Positions 16,482 to 24,648 of a stretch of 32,000 bases of DNA are shown here, piece after piece. The stretch is from Candidatus Electrothrix yaqonensis (lineage in GTDB: Bacteria > Desulfobacterota > Desulfobulbia > Desulfobulbales > Desulfobulbaceae). The stretch lies in assembly GCA_047651235.1 (NCBI GenBank), contig CP178758.1, positions 450,001 through 482,000 on the forward strand. Reading direction: 5' to 3'. Every line of letters begins with the position of its first letter. Position 1 is the stretch's first letter. Position numbers and translations under genes: made by a program. Below the pieces are notes generated by a model. That model saw nothing but the letters and a program-made list of their open reading frames with translations. It did no database searches and was not told the DNA's origin.

Positions 16482-18101
16482 CTATTCCGTGGGCAGCCAG
16501 CGGTTCAGGGTGATGGCCAGCTCCTCCTGGTTCAGCGGTTTGGTCAGATAATCATCCATGCCGGCAGTAAAGCATTTTTCTTTATCACCGGTCATGGCGT
16601 TGGCGGTCATAGAAATCACCAGCCGGTGTTTGCCGCGCAGCCGCTGCCGCAGTTTGCTGATAAAGTCGGTATCCAGCTGATCAGCGAGCGAGGGGTCAAG
16701 CTCTTTTCCCTCTTCACAGGCCCGGATGATTCTGGTAAATCTGTAGCCGTCCAGCTTGGGCATCTGCACGTCGGAGAGGATCAGGTCAAAGTTGTCCTCC
16801 AGCATACAGCGTAATGCCTCGATGCCGTCCACCGCCTCAACCACTTCATGGTTGAATTTTTCCAGCACCACCCGGATCAGAAAACGGTTGGCTGCATTAT
16901 CTTCCACCAGAAGGACGCGGACAGGCCGGACTCTGATCTGTTCGGCACCCGTGGTGTCCTGCCGCTGCACGCCTTCCTGAGAAGCTGCGCCGAAAATCAC
17001 CGTAAATGCAAAGGTGCTTCCCCTGCCGTACTCGCTTTCCACCGTAATGGTCCCGTCCATCAGCTCACAGAGCTGGCGGCAGATGGCAAGGCCGAGACCG
17101 GTTCCCCCGAATTTTCTGGAAACAGAGCTGTCCGCCTGGGAAAAGGCACTGAAGACGGAAATGAGCTTCTCGTCTTTGATCCCGATCCCCTGGTCCGTTA
17201 CGGATACCCGGATTGTATTGGTTTCGATTCCAGCATGATCGATACCGACACCGACCCGGATGACTCCTTTTTCAGAAAATTTAATGGCGTTGCTGAGCAG
17301 ATTGAGAATGATCTGGCGAAACCGCAGGCTGTCGCCTGCCACAGCAACCGGAACATCCGGCTCAATATCAAGGATGATCTCCAGCCCTTTTTCCCGTGAC
17401 AGGATGGACACCGTGCGGATGGCAGCTTCAATGGCCTCGGCGAGAAGAAAGGGATGTTCCTCCAGTTCCATCTGCCCGGCCTCGATTTTGGAGAAATCCA
17501 GAATATCATTAATCAGGGCCAGGAGCGCGTCAGCAGAAAGTTTGACCGTCTCAAGATACCTGCGCTGCTGGGGGTCGGAGGCCCTTTCCAGGGCAAGATC
17601 GGTCATTCCCATGATGGCGCTCATCGGGGTTCTGATCTCATGGCTCATGTTGGCCAGAAAGACCGATTTGGACTGCGAAGCCGCTTCCGCCTTGAGCCGG
17701 GCGTCCTGCAGCTGCTGACGCATCCGCAGCAGCTCGATCTGGGTATTGACTCTGGCACGGACCACATCCAGCTTGAAGGGCTTGGTGATAAAATCAACTG
17801 CGCCTGCGCCAAGTCCCTCCAGCTCATCACTTTCCTTATCCAAGGCGCTGAGAAAAATAATAGGAATATGCCGTGTCCGTCCGTCTTCTTTCAGACAGCG
17901 GCATACTGCATAGCCGTCCATTCCGGGCATCATGATGTCCAGCAGGATCAGGTCAGGCCGGGGATCCTGGACAGCGAGTTCGAGTCCCTGCACACCGCCC
18001 GTCGCAACCTTTATCTTATATTCCGACGACATTGCTTCGCCGAGAAGCATCAGGTTATCGACAATATCATCAATGATCAGGATAGTGTGTTGTTTGCTCA
18101 T
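16482..18101 (-). CDS. Hybrid sensor histidine kinase / response regulator (REC-HisKA-HATPase-REC), no obvious sensor or TM domain
   Basis: REC1 (LILLDIMMPGMDG), H-box SHEIRTPMSAIMG, N/G boxes (LLSNAIKFS; DQGIGI; GGTGLGLAI), REC2 (LILSDVQMPKLDG). Confidence 0.9.
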   Translation of the reverse strand: MSKQHTILIIDDIVDNLMLLGEAMSSEYKIKVATGGVQGLELAVQDPRPDLILLDIMMPGMDGYAVCRCLKEDGRTRHIPIIFLSALDKESDELEGLGAGAVDFITKPFKLDVVRARVNTQIELLRMRQQLQDARLKAEAASQSKSVFLANMSHEIRTPMSAIMGMTDLALERASDPQQRRYLETVKLSADALLALINDILDFSKIEAGQMELEEHPFLLAEAIEAAIRTVSILSREKGLEIILDIEPDVPVAVAGDSLRFRQIILNLLSNAIKFSEKGVIRVGVGIDHAGIETNTIRVSVTDQGIGIKDEKLISVFSAFSQADSSVSRKFGGTGLGLAICRQLCELMDGTITVESEYGRGSTFAFTVIFGAASQEGVQRQDTTGAEQIRVRPVRVLLVEDNAANRFLIRVVLEKFNHEVVEAVDGIEALRCMLEDNFDLILSDVQMPKLDGYRFTRIIRACEEGKELDPSLADQLDTDFISKLRQRLRGKHRLVISMTANAMTGDKEKCFTAGMDDYLTKPLNQEELAITLNRWLPTE

Positions 18102-18636
18102 ACAATAACATCAACATCAGATTACAGTGGAAGAATTCCTCAGCATATTTCAGCATATCATTTCTCTTCCTTCCGGCTCAATTATTCTGTACAGATTTTT
18201 TGTTTTATGGGGTTGATGTGTATACATTGGCATTGATACATCTGGTGGCAGAGACGGCTGGCGCAGCTTGATAACGTTATGAACTATGAGTATTGCACTG
18301 TTTTACTCGGGTTCAGCTCAGATCAAAACAGCATTTCGTCCCTGTTCGGCAGGAACGGTCAAGAATACAGAAATACTCTACTACAATGTTTGCCTAACTG
18401 CAATGAAACGGAAAAATCGGGCCGTGTTTTTCCCGGCCGCGTTCATATACCGGTTGCATTCAGCCAGTTGACTTGAAACTCAGGGGATGTTTAAATGGCA
18501 GACTCTGTATTTGCATTTTTTTACCATTTGATCATGAAAGAAGTTGACTTGGTTCAGAAATAAATAAACCCATCTGGCACCCGGCAAGCCTGATATTCTT
18601 ATCCTCTTATTCTTTTGATATTACTATAGACTATGA

Positions 18637-19101
18637 CAGGTCGTCTGGCTCCGGAAAAACGTTCGTGGAACATGAGCCGGATACCGGTTTCGGCTCAAGA
18701 GCGATCTGCCCGGTTCCCCAGATCTCGTTCTCCCGAAATATAAAGCCGCTGTCTTTGTCCACGGTTGCTATTGGCACCGGCATGAAGGCTGCTCCAGAGC
18801 AACTGTGCCGAAGAGCAATACGGAATTCTGGCAGAAAAAATTCAATGCCAATGTTGCCAGGGACCGCAGAGTACAGAAAGAGCTTGAGGAGCTGCACTGG
18901 CTTGTTGTTGTGCTGTGGGAATGTGAAATCATAAACGACCCGACTGTAGCTCTGAACATGCTGGTCAACCGGCTGGAGCAGAAGATCGGTCAGGGGATAT
19001 GTCGGAAATATTCTGTGGATATGGACCGCAGGCAGATTCTTCAACTGGCTGAAGAAAAAAGCAGGTATTATCTGGAAAACGCGAAGAAGCAGAACAGATA
19101 A
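18637..19101 (+). pseudogene. vsr: Very-short-patch repair endonuclease (Vsr) remnant: 5'-truncated, with an in-frame TGA
   Basis: The frame reads LRKNVRGT*AGYRFRLKSDLPGSPDLVLPKYKAAVFVHGCYWHRHEGC...PKSNTEFWQKKFNANVARDRRVQKELEELHWLVVVLWECE, which matches Vsr motifs (LPGxPD, FVHGCxWHxH, TNxxFWxxK, RDxR, WEC). There is an in-frame TGA at 18673-18675 and a stop at 18634-18636. The N-terminal ~25 aa of the family are absent. Confidence 0.7.
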
Positions 19102-19155
19102 CTTCCTGCTGCTTATGAAAAGTCGTCCTGTTGCGCAGTACGGGCCAGAATTACT

Positions 19156-19184
19156 TTGCAAAACCGATGTTTTTCTTTTATCAA
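19156..19184 (+). promoter_or_regulatory. Candidate sigma70-type promoter upstream of argF
   Basis: TTGCAA (19156-19161), 17 nt, TATCAA (19179-19184). Pattern match only. Confidence 0.3.
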
Positions 19185-19307
19185 TTATTTTTGGGCTCAG
19201 CAGCCTGTGCAGCACTTGTTCAATATTCGGCACAGGCGCAGGATGTTCTTTGCAGGGTTTCCTTTCTGCTCAGCCTGTCTTGTTGAATATTACAATAACG
19301 TATCATT

Positions 19308-20228
19308 ATGAATACCCATTTATTGGCGCTCCAGGATTTTACCCGGGAACAGCTGCATGCCTTGCTTGACCGGGCTGTGGTGCTGAAGCAGGAGGCGCAG
19401 GCCGGACTGCGGCATCAGCAGCTGGCAGGAAAAAAGATATGTATGCTCTTTGAAAAACCCTCGACCAGAACCAGGGTATCCTTTGAAGCGGCTATGTACG
19501 GGATGGGCGGACAGGCTGTCTTTATGGCAACAGCGGACAGTCAGCTCGGCAGGGGAGAACCGCTCAAAGACACGGCCCGGGTCCTGTCCCGGTATGTCAA
19601 TGCGCTTGTGGTGCGCACCTTCGGCCAAGAAGTGGTGGAGGAGCTGGCCCGGTATTCTGCTGTGCCGGTGATCAATGCCCTGACTGACTTGCATCATCCC
19701 TGCCAGATCCTCAGTGACATTATGACCGTGATTGAGCAGAAGGGTGATCCGGCCAAATTAAAGATTGTCTGGCTCGGGGATGGAAATAATATGGCCAATT
19801 CCTGGATTCAGGCAGCCTCTGTGCTCGGTTTTTCTTTGACCCTTGCCTGTCCGGCAGGGTATGATCCTGATTCGGCAATTCTGCAGGCAGCAGAGCAGCA
19901 GGCTGATCAGCCGATTACCGTTCTGCGGGATACTGTGGCTGCCATCCAGGATGCAGATGTGGTGAATGTGGATGTCTGGGCCTCTATGGGTCAGGAGGAT
20001 GAGACAGAAAAACGGCTCTCTATCTTTCAGCCGTATCAGTTAAATACAGAACTGCTCTCCCATGCTGCCGCAGATGCTGTTGTCCTCCATTGTCTGCCTG
20101 CCCATCGGGAAGAGGAGATCACCGAAGAGGTGCTGGAAGGAGCACAAAGCGTGGTCTTTGATCAGGCGGAAAACAAGATGCATATGCATAAGGCTATCCT
20201 GGAATATCTGATCAACGGCATGCTCTGA
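19308..20228 (+). CDS. argF: Ornithine carbamoyltransferase
   Basis: STRTRVSFE carbamoyl-phosphate motif, [11 protein letters not shown] and HCLPAHR motifs, 306 aa. Confidence 0.92.
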   Translation: MNTHLLALQDFTREQLHALLDRAVVLKQEAQAGLRHQQLAGKKICMLFEKPSTRTRVSFEAAMYGMGGQAVFMATADSQLGRGEPLKDTARVLSRYVNALVVRTFGQEVVEELARYSAVPVINALTDLHHPCQILSDIMTVIEQKGDPAKLKIVWLGDGNNMANSWIQAASVLGFSLTLACPAGYDPDSAILQAAEQQADQPITVLRDTVAAIQDADVVNVDVWASMGQEDETEKRLSIFQPYQLNTELLSHAAADAVVLHCLPAHREEEITEEVLEGAQSVVFDQAENKMHMHKAILEYLINGML

Positions 20229-20310
20229 TGCTGCCTTGGTCGGAAGTCCTTTAGCAGGGCCCTTGTATATGTTTTTCTGCACAACCAATACAAAACAAAA
20301 AATAAGCATC

Positions 20311-21513
20311 ATGAGTGTAAACAAAATAGTGCTCGCCTATTCAGGCGGACTGGACACCTCAGTCATCCTTAAATGGTTGGCCGAGGAATATGCATGCCCT
20401 GTTATTGCCTATTCCGCTGATGTGGGCCAGCATGAGGACTGGGATGCAGTCCGGGAAAAAGGTATGGCTACGGGTGCAGAAAAGGTGATCATCTCCGATC
20501 TGAAGGAGGAGTTTGTCCGCGACTACATTTTTCCGGCCTTCCGCGCCAATGCCGTTTACGAGGGTTCCTACCTCCTCGGCACCTCGCTGGCCCGGCCGAT
20601 CATTGCCAAGGAGCAGGTCCGCATTGCTGCAGAGGAAGGGGCGGATGCAGTCAGCCACGGAGCCACAGGCAAGGGCAATGACCAGGTCCGTTTTGAACTG
20701 GGCTATCTGGCTCTGAATCCGAAGCTGCAGATTATTGCGCCTTGGCGGATTTGGGATCTCAACTCCCGCACCAAGCTGGTCGCCTTTGCTGAACAGCACG
20801 GCATTCCGATTCCCACCACCAAGAAGAACCCCTACAGCTCGGATGAGAACCTGCTGCACATCAGCTTTGAGGGCGGGATTCTGGAAGATCCATGGAACGA
20901 GCCGGAAGAGGAGATGTTCAAGCTCTCCGTATCGCCGGAGAAAGCGCCGGATGTGCCGACCTATATGGAACTGGATTTTGAGCAGGGCAATCCGGTGGCC
21001 ATTAACGGCGAACGCTTAGGGGCGGTGGAATTATTTACGCGGCTGAATACTCTGGGCGGAGAAAACGGCATCGGTCGGCTGGATATGGTGGAAAACCGTT
21101 TTGTGGGCATGAAGTCACGCGGCGTGTACGAAACCCCGGGCGGCACCATTCTGCGCACAGCCCACCGCGATCTGGAGACCATCACCCTAGATCGGGAGGT
21201 TCTGCGCATCCGAGACAGCCTGGTACCGGAATACTCCAGATTAATCTACAACGGCTTCTGGTTCTCGCCGGAAATGCAGCTCCTGCAGAAAACCATGGAT
21301 GAAAGTCAGCAGACCGTAAACGGCACCGTGCGCCTCAAACTGTACAAAGGCAACTGCATTCCGGTGGGCCGTAAATCGGACAACTCGCTGTACTCGGAAG
21401 CTCATGCCACCTTTGAGGAAGATGCAGTCTATAACCAAGCCGATGCGGCAGGATTTATCCGGCTCAACTCCCTGCGCCTGCAGATTCAGGCCTTAAACCG
21501 GAAGCAGGGGTGA
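20311..21513 (+). CDS. argG: Argininosuccinate synthase
   Basis: [12 protein letters not shown]-binding motif directly after the ATG at 20311 ([17 protein letters not shown]); [13 protein letters not shown]; ~400 aa. The track ORF start at 20236 adds a non-homologous extension. Confidence 0.95.
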   Translation: MSVNKIVLAYSGGLDTSVILKWLAEEYACPVIAYSADVGQHEDWDAVREKGMATGAEKVIISDLKEEFVRDYIFPAFRANAVYEGSYLLGTSLARPIIAKEQVRIAAEEGADAVSHGATGKGNDQVRFELGYLALNPKLQIIAPWRIWDLNSRTKLVAFAEQHGIPIPTTKKNPYSSDENLLHISFEGGILEDPWNEPEEEMFKLSVSPEKAPDVPTYMELDFEQGNPVAINGERLGAVELFTRLNTLGGENGIGRLDMVENRFVGMKSRGVYETPGGTILRTAHRDLETITLDREVLRIRDSLVPEYSRLIYNGFWFSPEMQLLQKTMDESQQTVNGTVRLKLYKGNCIPVGRKSDNSLYSEAHATFEEDAVYNQADAAGFIRLNSLRLQIQALNRKQG

Positions 21514-21521
21514 TCTGAAAG

Positions 21522-21555
21522 CGTCTGTACGTCTATCGTCTATCAAATCGTCTAT
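21522..21555. repeat. Four direct copies of the heptamer CGTCT(G/A)T
   Basis: CGTCTGT 21522-21528, CGTCTAT 21530-21536, CGTCTAT 21537-21543, CGTCTAT 21549-21555. They lie between the argG stop (21513) and the kinase start (21564). Confidence 0.6.
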
Positions 21556-21563
21556 CTAATGAC

Positions 21564-22649
21564 ATGAAACTTCTTATCGCAGACGACGAACTCTCGACCA
21601 GAACCTTGCTCAGCAGCTGTGCAGATAAATGGGGATATACGGTTGTCGAGGCCGCCGACGGCCTTGAGGCCATGACTTTGCTGCGCAGTAAGGAGCCGCC
21701 CAGAATAGCTGTCCTGGACTGGATGATGCCCGGTCTTGACGGGGTTGAGATCTGCTCCCGGCTGCAGGAGGAACCCAATGAGCAGATGACCTACACGATT
21801 CTGCTCACCTGCAAGTCTGAAAAAGAGGATGCCATGCATGCCCTTGACCGGGGAGCGCACGATTTTCTCAGCAAGCCGGTCCACGTTGGAGAGCTGCACA
21901 GCCGTATTGCTGTGGGACGGCGTCTTGTGGAGGCACAGGACCGCCTGCTTGAACTCGACCGCCTGAAAAACCGCTTTATGCGGATTGCAGCCCATGATCT
22001 CAGAAATCCGCTGGGCTACATCATGACCATGTCCGAGCTGCTGACCGATGATGAATTTGTTGAGGTGCGCCGCGATCAGGATAAGTACCTGCGGGCGATT
22101 CATGACGCTGCTTCAAACATGTTGGGGGTGATCAACAAGCTGCTTGATATTTCTGTAATCAGGAAGGGGACGCTGAATATCAACAAACAGCCGTCCTCGA
22201 TCATTGAACTGATCAGAAATGCTGTCCGTCTGCAGCAGCAGGCGGCCCACAATAAAAAGCTGCGCATTATCGAACAGCTTGCAGATATTCCTGATTTTGA
22301 TTTTGATCCGGACCGGATCAGTCAGGTCATTGATAATCTACTCAGTAATGCCATTAAGTTCTCACCGGTCGGTTCTCTCATTTTTCTGCGTGCGGACCAG
22401 GAGGACGGCCGGATTCGAGTTGCAGTTGCCGATCAGGGCCCGGGCCTGAGCAAAGAGGATCATGAACGTCTGTTCGGTGAATTCGAACCGCTGGCCCCCA
22501 AGGCTGCCGATAATGAAAAAAGTGCAGGAATCGGGTTGACTATTGCCAGAAAAATCATAGAAGTGCATAATGGCACTCTGCAGGCTGAAAATATGCCTGA
22601 AGGCGGTGCCTTATTTTCTTTTACTCTTCCTATGCGAATTAGGGGTTAA
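21564..22649 (+). CDS. Response-regulator receiver / histidine kinase fusion (REC-HisKA-HATPase)
   Basis: REC (IAVLDWMMPGLDG), H-box AAHDLRNPLGYI, N box LLSNAIKFS, G boxes DQGPGL and GIGLTIA. Confidence 0.9.
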   Translation: MKLLIADDELSTRTLLSSCADKWGYTVVEAADGLEAMTLLRSKEPPRIAVLDWMMPGLDGVEICSRLQEEPNEQMTYTILLTCKSEKEDAMHALDRGAHDFLSKPVHVGELHSRIAVGRRLVEAQDRLLELDRLKNRFMRIAAHDLRNPLGYIMTMSELLTDDEFVEVRRDQDKYLRAIHDAASNMLGVINKLLDISVIRKGTLNINKQPSSIIELIRNAVRLQQQAAHNKKLRIIEQLADIPDFDFDPDRISQVIDNLLSNAIKFSPVGSLIFLRADQEDGRIRVAVADQGPGLSKEDHERLFGEFEPLAPKAADNEKSAGIGLTIARKIIEVHNGTLQAENMPEGGALFSFTLPMRIRG

Positions 22650-22774
22650 AAACTATGACGAAAAATCAGGAGGATAAAGCTGCCGGATTCTGCAGAATCG
22701 GAACGGCCCTTCTGTAACTATCTGTTTTTACTGAGACCGGATAATCCAACTCCTAATTCGCATTTCCTGTATAG

Positions 22775-24432
22775 CTTGCTGGTCCGGTCGAAGATTTAAA
22801 AACAGCTTCTCAGACTGCCGATCCCCACGGGCCGCATTACGCCTCTGCCGCTGCACCGGATGACATCCGGGCTGAATTCGACCTTGCCATTGAAAAACGT
22901 CATCTGAATTACCCGCAGGGCATGGTGCGGCACGGCCGACTGATAACAGCCCGGTTGCAGGCGGGAAATATCCCGGCAGGCACACCGATCCGGATCAGCT
23001 ATACAAACACTGTTGCTCCCTACATCTCGGAAACCGAGGAGGTATGGATTCGGGTAAACGGAGAACAGCCTGATCAGCCGCTGGTCCTGCAGACAACATC
23101 CGGGCCGCATGAATATTTCAGAGTACTCGTGCCGTCCCGGACTGAACAGTACCGGGAATTCGAGGTGCTTATCGTCTCTCTTGACCGCTTTGACAATGCC
23201 TCCTCCACGGTCTTTACCGGTGAGACGCTTTCTCTCCCGGACGGGACAGTGATGGCAAAAGACATCAGCTTTTCAGGAACAGTACGGGTGCCTGTCCGAC
23301 TCTCCCGATCAGGAGTATACAGGTTCTGTTTCAAAGGGGCTGTTTCTAATCCGGTAAAGATCGGCGACAATATGCAGGGGCCATACTGGGGCGATCTGCA
23401 TGTTCACACAAAATTTTCCCATGATGGCCAGGGAACAGAGCCGTATGTTTATGCCCGCTAGGTCAGCGGCTTGGACTTTGCAGCGGTTACTGATCACTGG
23501 ACTTCTCTGGGGTCTGAAGGATATCGCATCCTGAAGCAATGGGCCGAACAGGCGAACAGGCCCGGCGTTTTCGTGGCCCTGCTGGCGGATGAACGGAATC
23601 CCAAGGAGTTGAACGGACACCATAATGTGTATCTTCCTGAAATCGGAACGATGGAGCGTTATCAGGCTGCGCATGACGAGTACAACGGGGACAGCGAAAA
23701 TGATGCCGCTCCGCCGAACAGTTTCAGCAGACTGCAGGATGCCGAGGCATCGGCAATGCCATAGACTGGGACGTCATCGATGACAGGGGACTGCGTCCGG
23801 TCATGGAAATCTACTCACATCACGGGCAGAGTGAAGCCTATAACCCGCAGCATATGCTCGCATATGAATGGAACCGTATGCGGAATCCTGAACGCCGGGC
23901 CAACACCTCCGTGCCCGGGCCGTTCTATGCCCAGAATTACTGGATGCAGGGGAAACGCATCGGGGTGATCGCCTCATCCGATGAACACAGCGGTCAGGCC
24001 GGCCGGCGTCACGGTGGAATCGCCGCTGTTTTTGCCGGGAATCTGACCCGGAAGGGAATTTTTCAGGCCCTGCGGCAGCGGCGATGCTATGCCACAACCG
24101 GTGAAAGGATTCTGCTTGAATTCATGGTTGACGACTGCAGCATGGGGGAGTGCGGTCAAAAGGAAAAGGGAGATGAGGCGGAGATCAGGCTGAACGTATG
24201 GGGGACAGATACACTTCTGCGGATCGAGATTTTGCGCTACAGATTCGGAACAGATACATCGTTTATCCCGATCGTATCTTTTTTTCCGAGGCCGGAAAGC
24301 ATGGACGCGGACATCACACATCGGGACATCATTGAAACCGCAAGCGTCTATTACGCGAGAGTCGTGCAGGAACCACTTGCATGGCCCGGTATGGCGTGGA
24401 CAAGTCCGATCTGGATTGATGTGCAGGGATGA
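22775..24432 (+). pseudogene. PHP/DUF3604-like metal-dependent phosphoesterase, disrupted (no start codon, in-frame TAG, frameshift)
   Basis: GDLHVHTKFSHDG, then an in-frame TAG (23459-23461), then LDFAAVTDH in the same frame. A frame change between ~23704 and 23765 leads into MEIYSHHGQSE...GVIASSDEHSG...RRCYATTGERILLEF. Coding-like sequence extends upstream of the first ATG (22922) to a stop at ~22772 without a start codon. Confidence 0.65.
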
Positions 24433-24536
24433 GCAGTCTGTCGCGTCCCGTGTAAGTTTCAACCCCTAACTCGAATGGTTATCGAAAAACAATACTTGAA
24501 AGGGTGATCGTCAGATTTTCTGCTTGCAGAAATTGC

Positions 24537-24552
24537 GCAACGAATTCGTTGC
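24537..24552. promoter_or_regulatory. Perfect 16-bp palindrome GCAACGAATTCGTTGC (candidate operator)
   Basis: Exact dyad symmetry, checked base by base, ~100 bp upstream of the ATG at 24649. A second 10-bp palindrome, ACATATATGT, lies at 24590-24599. Confidence 0.4.
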
Positions 24553-24648
24553 AAGGTGTGCGGATGATGGGGTACCCTTTTGTATTGCGACATATATGTG
24601 ACACATATTGCATATTAGAGGGTTGAATCATCGAAAAAAAAGGAGACC

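Noticed and set aside
18575-18589. A sigma-54-like -24/-12 element, TGGCACccggcaaGC, with correct GG-to-GC spacing. It is notable because rpoN is in the window.
   Set aside because: The -12 region is AAGC rather than TTGC. The only downstream feature is the vsr pseudogene, and no enhancer-binding protein gene is nearby. It is most likely a chance match.
19284-19320. TGAATA half-sites (19284 and 19309) around the argF start that resemble ARG-box halves.
   Set aside because: Neither forms the TGAAT-N4-ATTCA dyad, and the 25-bp spacing does not fit tandem 18-bp ARG boxes. The evidence is insufficient to call an ArgR operator.
11626-23461. The possibility that the in-frame TAA (11626), TGA (18673) and TAG (23459) reflect stop-codon recoding (Sec, Pyl or an alternative genetic code).
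   Set aside because: Three different stop codons are involved, and each affected gene has additional lesions (frameshift or truncation). I saw no SECIS-like context, and all other genes terminate normally on the same codons.
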